This document shows, one piece after another, positions 44,401 through 56,137 of a DNA stretch of 64,000 nt. The position numbers and the translations under genes are program-made. The stretch is from the NCBI GenBank assembly GCA_039096225.1, contig JBBPEB010000027.1, forward strand, positions 62,001 to 126,000. The letters are read 5' to 3'. The notes beneath the pieces are model-generated. The model searched no databases. It was not told where the DNA came from and worked only from the letters and a program-made list of their open reading frames with translations. The DNA comes from Blastocystis sp. Blastoise (Eukaryota; Protista; Bigyra: Opalinata). Every line of letters begins with the position of its first letter. Within the stretch, counting starts at the first letter, position 1.

Positions 44401-45679
44401 ATATAGATATTAAATCAGTTACAAATGATACAGACATTACAGGGTGATATAGCTTCTGTTTCTATTAAGGATACTCTATATTCTCATCAAAAAGATGTAG
44501 TATGAATTCTATTTATGTTTATTTTTATTTTTATATTTATATTATTCTTTATTCGTGGTATTCTTATATTTATTATGTTTTTGAACATACTATTTATAAT
44601 ACTTATTATTCTTATTATAGATTCTTGGGAATACAGGATTTGATGCTGTAAAGATTTTGTTTCAAGGAAATAAAATCCCTTTTTCACGACGTTATGACGC
44701 ATTCTTTTTGGATTATGAGTTAACTCCACTAATTATTCAAGTATATATATATATATAATCTTTATAAATAATATTATTATTATAGCAAAACTATATTGAT
44801 AGTTTTAAGAGTACTCACAGTAGTAATTCAACAAGTTTAGAATCTATTCAGCAACTTTCAGATGCAGCTGAATCTCTATCCGACATGGATTGTGTTACCA
44901 ATTCATTAAAATCAAATAGTGTATATATATATATATTATATATATATTATATATATATATATAATCTTCCTCTTTACCTCCCCTAGGACTACTCTCTTCT
45001 CCCTGTTCTCGCCTCTATGGCCGTTCGTACGGGATCTCTTGCAGAAGGAAGAGTATGGCCTAGATTCCCTTTGTATATAATATATATTATTAGTATTATT
45101 TATTTATTATATTATATACTATAAAATAAAATATTCTTATTAATATTATTACACCTATTATATAGTATTCTTGGTAAATTATCGTCAATGAATAAGAATA
45201 AGCGTTTAATTGCTGAATTGACGATGCATGCGTCACCTATTATTCATACTAATAATAAGAGCATTCGATTGGATTATTTTACTAGTTTGAGAAATCATCT
45301 TTTAGATCCTATTCTTAATAATAATAATGTTGATGAATGTATTCAAATTATTGATGAATATGAATTAACGAAAGAAGATTTCATCGATACATTAAATGGA
45401 ATCTATTTACCGGGAACACTTAAAATATTTGAAAAAGTTCCCGCCAAACAGAAAGGTGCATTCACTCGAAAATATAACTCTAGTAATCATATTCACAGTA
45501 ATATATTTGAAGATGATAATAATTTATTTACAAGAGTGAATCGTACAAAAGGGAAAAAAGGAGGAAAAGCAAAAGAAAAAGAAACAAAATCAAAATCTCA
45601 AAAAACACAAGTCAATGAAGATAGTGATGATAGTTTTATTGATAATAATGAAGAAGAAGATTATTATACTTATGAATAG
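41438..45679 (+). CDS. RFC1: Replication factor C large subunit
   Basis: MDLRNFFK start; BRCT (CLEGLAFVLTGVNDSLEREE...KYGG...VSGKTNYLVAG); KYAP; GPPGIGKT; ELNASDKR; MDEVDGMSSGDRGG; ICICNDR; C-terminal KGAFTRKYN. Many introns. Confidence 0.96.
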
Positions 45680-46202
45680 CGTCATTCATTTTCTTTATTA
45701 TATTATATATATCATTCTTGTTTTTTTTTTAATTCAAATATATTAGTTATATTCTAATTCATGATATATATATGTATATAACTTCTTACCCTAAATATGA
45801 TTGTTTTTGTTCATCTTTTGTTTTGTTTTAGGTATAAATCGTGTTTATTATCTTATTTCTTTCTCCATTATTCTCTGAAAGATGATAAATATCAATAATA
45901 CTTGTTAATGTAAAAGAGAAATGTTCTCATCAACATACTAATGAAATAAATTATATTCCTAAAGAAGATATTTTATCATGTTTTTCTTTTTTTGACTTCA
46001 TAAGCTGTCAAATCATTTTATAATAATAGATTTAAAACAAATAGAATAGAAAGCAAAAAAAAATGATGAAAAATGCTGAAAACAGTAAAAACCGTGATTC
46101 TAAGAAATGATGCAACAAAAATTGTTTTCTAAGTTATAATCATTCTTCCAAGACAATAATTGTATTTCTTATTCTACATAGATCTATTTACATGTCTTTA
46201 GT

Positions 46203-47259
46203 ATGTTAGTAGTTGAAGAACATACGGAACCCACAGTAGAATTACTTGAAGATCCCATTATTCTTCGTGATTCAAAGATATGGACACTTCAAAGAAATTT
46301 TTATGAGCAGAAAGGAATTGACTGTTGGAAAGAAGGAGTTGTTCCCTTTTTTGTAACATCAAATAGTTTTATTGCTTATGAATATACAAATTGTATTCTC
46401 GGATACATACGAGATTATTATAGCAAGTATATTTTTATTTATATAATTTATTATTTATTCTTTTATTTATATATATAATTCATATCTTTCTTTTTAATTT
46501 TATTTTTAACTTTTTTAGACCTGGAGCAAATACTCAGCAGCCTATATATATTGTTGAAGTTGGATCAGGACATGGTAAGCTTGCTTATTTAGTTTTGATG
46601 CACTTGTTAGAATTAAAAGAATCTTTTCCTCAAGGTATTTTTTATATGTTTTATTTTATATATCTAAAAAGTCATACATTTATGTTTATTATTTATAAAT
46701 ATATAATTTATAAAAAATAGGTGTTGAAAGACCTTTTGTTTACGTTGTTAGTGATTTTACTGCTAAGATTATTGATAGTGTAAAAGAAAATATATTATTA
46801 AAACCTTTCGTTGAACAAGGAATTCTAGATTTCGCAATTTTTGGTATATTATTATTATATTTATTATGTTTATTGTGTTTATTTGTTTTTTATGTTTATT
46901 TGTTTTTTATATTTATTATATTTATTATATTTATTATATTTATTTGTTTTTTATGTTTATTATGTTTATTATATTTATTATATTTATTATATTCTCTTTA
47001 TTATTATGTTTATTATTATTATTCTCTTTATTATGTTTATTATTTTTATTCCTTCTTTAGATTGTGAAGAACAGAGTGAAATTGAATTAATCAATAGTCA
47101 TCAAGTGCTGAATGCAACTGAAATCACAACTCCTCTTATTTTTATTGCTAATTATGTATTTAATGGATTAAAACAAGATTTATATAATGTGACAAATGGA
47201 GAATTTCAAGAAGGATATATAGGTGTTTCTACAGATAGAAAGTATGTACTATTATTTAT

Positions 47260-47298
<39 letters not shown>

Positions 47299-48082
47299 CT
47301 ATTATAGAGAAGAGAATCCAGAAGATCCCTCAATTATTCAACGTATGCATTTTAATTGGATATTTAAGAAGAGTTCACATGATGATCTTAATCTATATAA
47401 AGATGAACAATTTAATAAAATTATTCAAACGTATATCTATATATATATATTATAACATATATATAATATAATATAACATATATATCTATAGATATAAAGA
47501 AAGACACAATAATTTCACTTTATTATTTCCTTATGGTCCTCTATTAGCTATGAAGAACATGAGTAGTATGTCCCGCGGTAAATTCCTCTTGTTGACTGCA
47601 GATAAGGCATATTCCCACGAGGATGATATAAAAATGTTTCAAGGACCTCCTCATGTAGCTATTCACGGATGTTTCAGTTTAATGGTCAATTTCCACGCTT
47701 TAAGAATATATACATTATTAAATAATGGATATAGTCTACATACACCGTATATATATATATATATATAATTAGGTTTAATTGGTATTCTATAAGAATGATT
47801 ATGTCTATTATATATATATATATATATATATATAATTATTGTTAATATAGTTATTATAATGGTTTAAAAGTAGCTAGTTATGTATTTGGATCCAAAAAAG
47901 AAGAAAATAATGAATTCCGTCTTGCTTTTAATGATACTGTGTATTCCTTCGATCCAGATAATTTCAGCACGATTCAGCGCTGTATTCGAGAAGAAAGTAG
48001 TTCCCCGTCATTAAAATACATTCTCTCCTTATTACGTTTATCTAGATATGAAAGTGAAGTATTCACCAAGTTTAAACAAGTA

Positions 48083-48113
<31 letters not shown>

Positions 48114-48303
48114 TATTTATTATTTTATTCATATTTTTTATTCTATATTTTCTTAGTATAGGATATATTATATATATATATATAGATGTTAATAGATCGT
48201 GTCAGTTATGCATCCGCCAAATTAACGGATGATTTTAAGACTGATATACGTAATATAGCTAAATATTACTATCCTGTTCAATCTAATAAAGTATCTATAT
48301 ATA

Positions 48304-48402
<99 letters not shown>

Positions 48403-48639
48403 GGATATTTACTTTGATTTAGGCCGTTTGTGTCTCGGATTGAGGGATTATTCGTACGGTGCCGAATTGTTCTTCTTGTCCAATAAGATTTCAGGAGAGC
48501 ATCATATCACATGGTATAATTTGGGTATATGTTATTTCTACATGAATAACTATACAGAATCACTTACTTGTTTTCTTCAATGTCTTCAGTTATGTCCTTC
48601 TAATAATGATGCCATGTATATATATATATAGATATATTA

Positions 48640-48724
<85 letters not shown>

Positions 48725-49146
48725 AGTTATAATATCATTATATATTTATACTCTACTCTTCATTCTATATATATATATATAGTGCATGGAAGACACGTCT
48801 TGAATCTCAATTAACTCCAGCGCAAATTCTTGATATAAAGGCTTCTATTACAAAACAAGTTGTTTCTTCTCCCGCGGTTATTGTTGAAGATGCCATTCCT
48901 TTTGATGAAGAACCAGAGACTCAAGAATCTTCACAAAATACAGAGATTCCCACGGAAAATACGGAATCTTCTCAATCTCCTGTTGTTCATGAAAATGCAG
49001 TTCCTTCCTCTCCCTCTGAATCCCCCATGGCTCCCGCCACTGTATCTATTCCCACGTCTACTCTATCTAAAGATGAAGTAGTCGATATAGATGTTGGGTC
49101 TATTGGTGAAGATGGAGAAATCACAAGAGATCCCTTCGAAGAAGAC

Positions 49147-49210
<64 letters not shown>

Positions 49211-49791
49211 TAGCACCTATTGAAGAAGCTATTCAGAATACTATTCCAGAAGGTTCTCCTGTTTCTCCAGTTACTCCTTCTAAGCCTCTTCGCCCTGTAT
49301 TACCTGGTGCTATGCCTATTCCTGTCACACCTTCTGTCGATAGTCTCCGTACAATTGACAAAGCTCCTGTCGATCCTTTCGCTGATGGAGAACCTGTTCC
49401 TATTCCTGCAGATCCTTTTGCGGAGTCGGATATTCCTTCAGATACTATAACTGTTTCTAATTCTCTCCCTACTTCTGAAGGTCATACAATATCATCAATA
49501 ACTACTATACAAGATCCATTTAAAGAAGCAGATGCCTCTATTCCTCTCCCTGAAGATCCTTTCGCTGAGCCAGAACAAGTAAATAACATTATTCCTTCAG
49601 ATCCATTTAAAGAGCATGAAGAAAATAGTAATGCTATTCCTTCAGACCCATTTATAGAACAAGAAGAAGAAGCTTCTACTATTATCCCTTCAGATCCATT
49701 TAAAGAACAAGAAGAGCCCGCCAATATTCCCGCGGATCCTTTTGGTGACGATCCCTCTGTCACAACAGCAGCCGATCCTTTTGCTGAATAA
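46203..49791 (+). CDS. SAM-dependent methyltransferase-like domain + TPR + DPF-repeat tail protein
   Basis: WTLQRNFYEQKG...VPFFVTSNSFIA; SAM motif I IVEVGSGHGKL; IANYVFN; TADKAY; HGCFSLMVNF; TPR WYNLGICYFYMNNYTESLTCFLQCLQLCPSN; last exon acidic and Pro-rich with 10 DPF motifs. An upstream exon is possible. Confidence 0.75.
48305..48722. repeat. Two intronic (TAT)n tracts (~48305-48386 and ~48641-48722)
   Basis: Near-pure trinucleotide runs in the introns flanking the TPR exon. Confidence 0.9.
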
Positions 49792-50270
49792 ACTTTTTTC
49801 TTATATATGTCTATTCAATGTAGTTGTTTTTGTATCTATTACCAATATTTCTTTTATTATTGAACTTGTTTCTTGTTCTTTTTCTCTTAAACATATCTAT
49901 GATTATTATACCTTTTTTATCTAAATATTATATGTATATATAAATAAAAATCCTTTTTCATTTTTTTTTGTGAAATTCATATAGTGTATATAACGTTTAG
50001 TTTTTTTTTTTTTTGAATACCAAGCCACATATTGAATATATTAAATCATATAGATAATTCATCATCTTATTAATATGAATTATATATATAAAATAATTTA
50101 TAATATGTCTCATTATAATATTATTAATAGGTTATACAATATATATATTTAAATTTCATATACACAATATTTCTTACTTAAAATCATTTTCAAATAAAAT
50201 AAACAAAACAAATAAATAAAGCAAATAAATCCTTTAATAACTAATACGCAAATTTTAAAAAATTAGTTAT

Positions 50271-51242
50271 TTAAGCAAGAGGATAAGAAGCCATGGAGTT
50301 AATACCGCAAATACCTTCACCATCATCAACGTGACCAATCTTGACATAACCATCAAGACCCCAAGAAGAACCCCAAGAGTTTCTAACAAGAATATATTTC
50401 TTACCACTTTCAGTACCATAACCAACAGCAGCAACACCATGATCAAGATCAGTTCCACAGGCTTCAGAAGTAATAACACCACTGGTATAGAATTGGAAAA
50501 CGAAGGAATCAGCATCGATAGCAACAGAAACGGGGTTCTTAGCAATAGCAGCAAGAAGTTGTTTACCATTATTTTCTTCAACATCAACATAACTAGTAAA
50601 AGAAGCAATAGAAGTGCAAGATTTATCTTTACAGCTACCATCCTTAGCAGTGTAGGGATAAGCTTCTTCAGAACAAATACCACCGTTATTAATAACATAT
50701 TCAAAACCATAATCCATTAAACCACCATTGCAACCTTCAGATTGATTATCGCAGTCAACAAGTTGTTGTTCAGAGAAAGATTGAAGCTTACCGTTCTTGA
50801 TAGCATCAACACCTTCCATAGCAGCAACAGCAGAGAAAGCCCAACAAGAGCCACAAGAAGCTTGATCTTTTACAGCGTTGACAGCTCCCTTTTCAATCCA
50901 ATTGACAGATTCAGGAATATCTTCCTTAAGAGTAGCAGAGTTTCTAAGACCACGAGAAGGTTTCTTCATCATACAACCACAAATTCTAGAAGCTTTGAAT
51001 TCATCATGAGTCATATCAGCGAAAGGAGTAATACCAAGAGTATAGGCATGATCTTTTTCGTTTTCAGCATTAATGTAATCAAGATTTTCAGAGAAGACAG
51101 AAAGACGATATCTGGTTTCTTGAGCAGAATAGTTCTTATTGAACTTAGCAGTGTAAGCACCAAATTGAGCCTTGTAATAGGCGTTAGAGTGAGCAAGAGA
51201 AAGAGCACAAACAGCAAAGAGAGCAACTAAAATAGCCTTCAT
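50271..51242 (-). CDS. Cathepsin L-like cysteine protease (C1A), copy 1
   Basis: Signal peptide; ERFNIN-type ETRYRLSVFSENLDYINAEN; catalytic motifs QASCGSCWAFS, DHGV, RNSWG. Intronless, 323 aa. Confidence 0.97.
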   Translation of the reverse strand: MKAILVALFAVCALSLAHSNAYYKAQFGAYTAKFNKNYSAQETRYRLSVFSENLDYINAENEKDHAYTLGITPFADMTHDEFKASRICGCMMKKPSRGLRNSATLKEDIPESVNWIEKGAVNAVKDQASCGSCWAFSAVAAMEGVDAIKNGKLQSFSEQQLVDCDNQSEGCNGGLMDYGFEYVINNGGICSEEAYPYTAKDGSCKDKSCTSIASFTSYVDVEENNGKQLLAAIAKNPVSVAIDADSFVFQFYTSGVITSEACGTDLDHGVAAVGYGTESGKKYILVRNSWGSSWGLDGYVKIGHVDDGEGICGINSMASYPLA

Positions 51243-51342
51243 TGTAATTCAAAAATGAATCAAATAAAACAAATAATTTATGTATAAAAACAATTCTTAT
51301 TATCTGAGAAATATCTTTAGATGACAAGCTATTATCTAAAAT

Positions 51343-51471
51343 GAAGAACTCAATGATGAAAAAGAGAGAGGTAGATTTGATTGGATAATCTTTCTCGTCT
51401 TGTGTTTTTCACCAATGAAAAGAGAATAAAATAGAGTTGTTGAAAGGGTTGTCAGAATGACGTCAATAGGG
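51343..51471 (-). promoter_or_regulatory. Cathepsin copy 1 promoter module (CCAAT x2, TGTCA-N3-TGAC, CRE TGACGTCA)
   Basis: Motifs conserved with the same spacing at 54428-54557. Confidence 0.6.
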
Positions 51472-51933
51472 AAAAAGATTATAATAAAAAAACACATAAT
51501 CAAATATTTGTGACCATTGTGTGTCGACTATTATCTAGTTTGAGCATTCTAGTTGTCAATATGAGAAGAGTTAATTGTATATCATGACGTTCTATTTGAT
51601 ATATCACAATTATTATATCAGTTTATTTCATCAATTACAGTTTATAATTGCATATATTTTTAAATAAGTGTTTTCGACATTGTAATATGCATTTACGAAT
51701 TTTTTTACTAATTATTGATTTCTTATTATAGTTATATTGACATTGTTTTCAGGTCAATGAGTAAATTTATAATATTTTTTTCAAAAACAATTAGAATTTG
51801 ATACTTTTCAATTATTTTAAAATATCATTTTATTTCATATTATTATCGTTTTTCAAATATATGCATTAAAGGTAAACAAAACAAATAAATAATTCAAAAA
51901 AATTAAATACGAAAAACAAATTTAGCAATATAT

Positions 51934-52905
51934 TTAAGCAAGAGGATAAGAAGCAACCATGTTGATACCACAAACACCTTCACCATCATCAACGTGACCA
52001 ATCTTAATGTAACCATCAAGACCCCAGTCACTACCCCAAGAGTTTCTGACAAGAATATATTTCTTACCTTCTTCAGTACCATAACCAACAGCAGCAACAC
52101 CATGGTTAAGAGAAGTTCCGCAAGCGTCGGAAGTAACAACACCACTAGTGTAATATTGGAAGACGAAGGAATCAGCTTCAACAGCAACAGAAACGGGGTT
52201 CTTAGCAATAGCAGCAAGAAGTTGTTTACCATTATTTTCTTCAACATCAACATAACTAGTAAAAGAAGCAATAGAAGTGCAAGATTTATCTTTACAGCTA
52301 CCATCCTTAGCAGTGTAGGGATAAGCTTCTTCAGAACAAATACCACCGTTATTAATAACATATTCAAAACCATAATCCATTAAACCACCATTACAACCAT
52401 TGGATTGTTTATCACAATCAACAAGTTGTTGTTCAGAGAAAGATTGAAGCTTACCGTTCTTAATAGCATCAACACCTTCCATAGCAGCAACAGCAGAGAA
52501 AGCCCAACAAGAACCACAAGAAGCTTGATTCTTAACAGCATTGACAGCTCCCTTTTCAATCCAGTTAATAGAAGCAGGAATATCTTCCTTAAGAGTAGCA
52601 GTATTTCTAAGAGAGTGAGCGGGTTTCTTCATCATACAACCACAAATTCTAGAAGCTTTGAATTCATCATGAGTCATATCAACAAAGGGGGTAATACCAA
52701 GAGTGTAAGAGTGACCCTTTTCGTTTTCAGCATTAATGTAATCAAGATTTTCAGAGAAGACAGAAAGACGATATCTGGTTTCTTGAGCAGAGTATTCCTT
52801 GTTGTATTTAGCGGTGAAAGCACCAAATTGAGCCTTGTAGTAAGAGTTGGAGTGAGCAAGAGAAAGAGCACAAACAGCAAAGAGAGCAACTAAAATAGCC
52901 TTCAT
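51934..52905 (-). CDS. Cathepsin L-like cysteine protease (C1A), copy 2
   Basis: Tandem paralog, 323 aa from MKAILV (ATG at 52905). The longer ORF-track start lies inside the Tc1 TIR. Confidence 0.97.
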   Translation of the reverse strand: MKAILVALFAVCALSLAHSNSYYKAQFGAFTAKYNKEYSAQETRYRLSVFSENLDYINAENEKGHSYTLGITPFVDMTHDEFKASRICGCMMKKPAHSLRNTATLKEDIPASINWIEKGAVNAVKNQASCGSCWAFSAVAAMEGVDAIKNGKLQSFSEQQLVDCDKQSNGCNGGLMDYGFEYVINNGGICSEEAYPYTAKDGSCKDKSCTSIASFTSYVDVEENNGKQLLAAIAKNPVSVAVEADSFVFQYYTSGVVTSDACGTSLNHGVAAVGYGTEEGKKYILVRNSWGSDWGLDGYIKIGHVDDGEGVCGINMVASYPLA

Positions 52906-52975
52906 TGTTATTATTAAAACAAATAAAATAAATATTTTATGAGAAATAATAAATTTTAAAATGAAAAATGAGCTA

Positions 52976-54401
52976 CAATCAGTGCCAAAACCTGACAACC
53001 CTTATCGTTTTCAATAGTTACGGGGAATTTTTTGACGCGGTTTTTTTTGTTTGAATTGTAATAACATGTAGAATATATTCTAGAAATTTCTAGAATATAT
53101 AATTAGTGGTTTTGGAAAAACAGAAATTTTAATTGGAACACAATTACTCTGAGACCTTTTTTAACCCTTTAAAAATAGTTTTATTCTTTAAAAATAAGTT
53201 GTGTATGGGTAAATACGTCGTTATAACTGAAAGAGAGTTTAGAAAGATGATAAGAGACGGGTACACGGATGAACAGATTGCCATTCATTTTCATTGTTCG
53301 CTTAGAACTGTTGCCCGTAGAAGGTCCCAATACAATATGTCCAAGTCAACTAAGAAAGGTGGAAGACCACAAGTTTTAACTCCTTCTAATTTACGAGAAA
53401 TCAATAATATTGTCCCAAAAAGCTCTGAGAACTCTAGCGTTTTATTGGATATCTTCCAAAAGAAAACCGGTACTCATGTCTCAAAAAGGTCCTTTATTAG
53501 AGGACTCCATGCTGTTGGTTACGTCGCCAAAAAGAAGCTTCATAAACCACTCATATCGGAGAAAAATAGAAAAGTCCGATTGGATTGGTGTTTAAAATAC
53601 CGAAATATGCCAATAAGTTTCTGGGAAAACGTCCTCTGGTCTGACGAGTGTTCTATTAGAACACATCAATCAACCTTTCAAGAATACTATTGGAAGAAAC
53701 CTGGTTCTCCAAATAAGCCGTCAGAAATCATTCCAACCATGAAAAACGATGGAAAATCGATTATGATTTGGGGATGTATGACGCAACATGGTGCTGGTCA
53801 AATGGAGGTCCTTGATGGTCATGTGACATCATTAAAGTATGGAGAAACTCTTGGTCGAACTCTTCCGTCAACCGTGGAAAAATTGCAAATTGACCCCAAA
53901 ACTATGGTATTCCAACAGGATAATGCTCCTATTCACAAGTCAAAAAAGATGAATAGTTTCTTTAAAACTGCTCAACTTACAGTGATTGATTGGCCTCCAC
54001 AGTCCCCAGACCTTAATCCCATTGAACATCTTTGGGTCTATATTAAAAGAAGATTACAAAGAAATTCCCATTGCGGATATACTTTGAGTCAACTAAAGGT
54101 CGAAGTTGACAAGATATGGAGGTCAATACCTGTAAATGTATGTGAAAGGCTTGTTTTATCAATGCCGAAAAGAATTGAGGCAGTAATAGCCAATAATGGT
54201 GGATTTACAAGATATTAATATTTGTGTTTCAATTCAAAAAAATGGTTTTTTAAATTTTTTTCCATGACGCTTATTTGTTTTGTTTCCCTGTTTTAATAGT
54301 CAATACAACCTTTGATGACAAATGACTTAATAAAAAAAAAACAAAGAAAAACTCGCCAGTTTAAAAAAAAAACCGAGGTTGTCAGGTTTTGGCACTGATT
54401 G
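52976..54401 (+). mobile_element. Tc1/mariner DNA transposon, 1426 bp
   Basis: Perfect 25-bp TIR CAATCAGTGCCAAAACCTGACAACC; TA on both sides (52974-75, 54402-03). Confidence 0.97.
53205..54218 (+). CDS. Tc1-family DD34E transposase
   Basis: N-terminal HTH with GRP motif; WSDE; FQQDNAPIH; SPDLNPIEHLW (34 residues between D and E); C-terminal GGFTRY. Uninterrupted. Confidence 0.96.
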   Translation: MGKYVVITEREFRKMIRDGYTDEQIAIHFHCSLRTVARRRSQYNMSKSTKKGGRPQVLTPSNLREINNIVPKSSENSSVLLDIFQKKTGTHVSKRSFIRGLHAVGYVAKKKLHKPLISEKNRKVRLDWCLKYRNMPISFWENVLWSDECSIRTHQSTFQEYYWKKPGSPNKPSEIIPTMKNDGKSIMIWGCMTQHGAGQMEVLDGHVTSLKYGETLGRTLPSTVEKLQIDPKTMVFQQDNAPIHKSKKMNSFFKTAQLTVIDWPPQSPDLNPIEHLWVYIKRRLQRNSHCGYTLSQLKVEVDKIWRSIPVNVCERLVLSMPKRIEAVIANNGGFTRY

Positions 54402-54427
54402 TATGATGACGCATAATTCCTACGAAA

Positions 54428-54557
54428 GAAGAACATTAATGACGATTTTTAAGATCAATAATATGATTGGGTTCTCCATTCCAATTTGTGTTAAACGCCA
54501 ATAAATCCATCAATGTTGAGGTTTGTTCGAAAGTCTGTCATAATGACACACCTAGGG
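54428..54557 (-). promoter_or_regulatory. Displaced promoter module of cathepsin copy 2
   Basis: GAAGAAC, TGATTGG, CCAAT, TGTCATAATGAC and TAGGG in the same order and spacing as upstream of copy 1. Confidence 0.6.
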
Positions 54558-55751
54558 TAACAAAGCACATTTTCAAAAACATTCCATAAAAGAAGAGAAA
54601 AACACTATTCAATTCCCCTAAAAAGAGTTGATTCTCTCTATTTCATAAATGCGATTCATTGTGACACAATCTATCGTAAAATTGTCAATTTCGATGGATC
54701 AACACAAAACCAAATCAGTTTTGTTTATCTCTGAACTATCACCATAAGAATTTCCTTATACTGAGAATATTTGACAGTCAGTCATTCAATAAAACTGAAT
54801 ACCTATTTCAATAGCTTTAAATAATAATCTATTAGTTTAATTCATTTTTCAAATAAAAATGTATTTAAAATATTCTTGTTAGTGTATTATATTTGCATAT
54901 CATGTTGTATTGTATTAAGTATGTAGGATTCCAGATTTACAGTAATTACTTTCAAATATAATTTGCAAATTGTTAAATATATAAGATATAAACTAAGTCA
55001 GATTTGTGATAAAATACTCTTTTATTTTGATTGGAATATATATATTTCATATATTAAGCATTTGAAAAAGAATTCAGAAAATATCATGATCACTCTCACA
55101 CATTTTAATCAATCGTCGTTTATGAAAATCAGAAATATATATTATTCATTTAATGATTATTCCCTTTTTAGTACAACAACTCATAGTTTATTTAAATGAT
55201 CTTCAAAAAGTGATCTGTTACTTCTAGCAAAAATTAAACACAAATATCGGTTCACCAATTATATTATTCGACAATCGCTTTATGTTGAGCGTTCTTCAAA
55301 AGGTTCTAAAATAAATCATTACCACAAAAAAACACTATTTCAGAATAGACTAGCAAGAATAGAATTCATTGTCCTTTTTACATATATTCATATAATGATA
55401 TCTATCATCATATCGTATATTTGATATACATGAAAACATATCACAAAACAATAAGGCCTTATCGACTCATATTCTCATTTAATACTTATCAACTATAACT
55501 GTTCAAATTATTTCCAACTACATTAGGGCTTTATACATAATTTAAACATAATTATATGTGTTAAAAAGTAAAAAATAAAAAAGTTGAAAACATTACAGAC
55601 CGACAATCATAAGAAAAATGTGAATAGACCAACAAAACAATAGATAATCGTGATTATATTCATCAAAAGTTCTCCTTCAAAACAGACAACTCACTTGAGT
55701 TTATTTATTCTCACCTTATTCTTGTTGGATCATTTACATATAAAGTAAATA

Positions 55752-56137
55752 ATGGCTTCAGTTCTTAAGTGTGCTCTTCCTCTTTGTATGAAAGCTACTA
55801 ACGCTTTCAAAGTATCTACTTGTTATCGTACCTTTGCTTTAAGAAAAAATATTGTTCCTCCTCATGCTGATAATGCTCATAGAAGTGATGCTGAATGGAG
55901 AATTTCTCAAGTTCCTGTTATTGAAGTTGATAAACCAGTTGTTATGTGTGATGGAGGTATGTCATTTGAAGAGTCAATGTTTTTTTATCCGGAAATATAT
56001 TTTTATATTCTTTAGGTGCTGGTGTTATGGGTCATCCTGTTCAATATCTTCGTGTTAATGGTCCTACTGATAAACCTACAACTTGTCCTTATTGTGGATT
56101 AAGATACAAGATGAAGGCTGGTACTCATTCTCATTAA
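55752..56137 (+). CDS. NDUFS6: NADH:ubiquinone oxidoreductase 13-kDa zinc-finger subunit
   Basis: Basic N-terminal targeting-like peptide; zf-CHCC motif CDGG|AGVMGHP...CPYCGLRY; one intron at ~55957-56016. Confidence 0.92.

Noticed and set aside
50267-52893. Alternative-frame and antisense ORFs over the cathepsin genes
   Set aside because: Shadow ORFs caused by codon bias; they are duplicated only because the genes are.
52906-52998. N-terminal extension of cathepsin copy 2 in the ORF track
   Set aside because: It starts at a non-ATG codon inside the Tc1 TIR; the paralog shows the true start is MKAILV.
53133-53204. Longer N-terminus of the Tc1 transposase
   Set aside because: It begins at TTG; the first ATG is at 53205.
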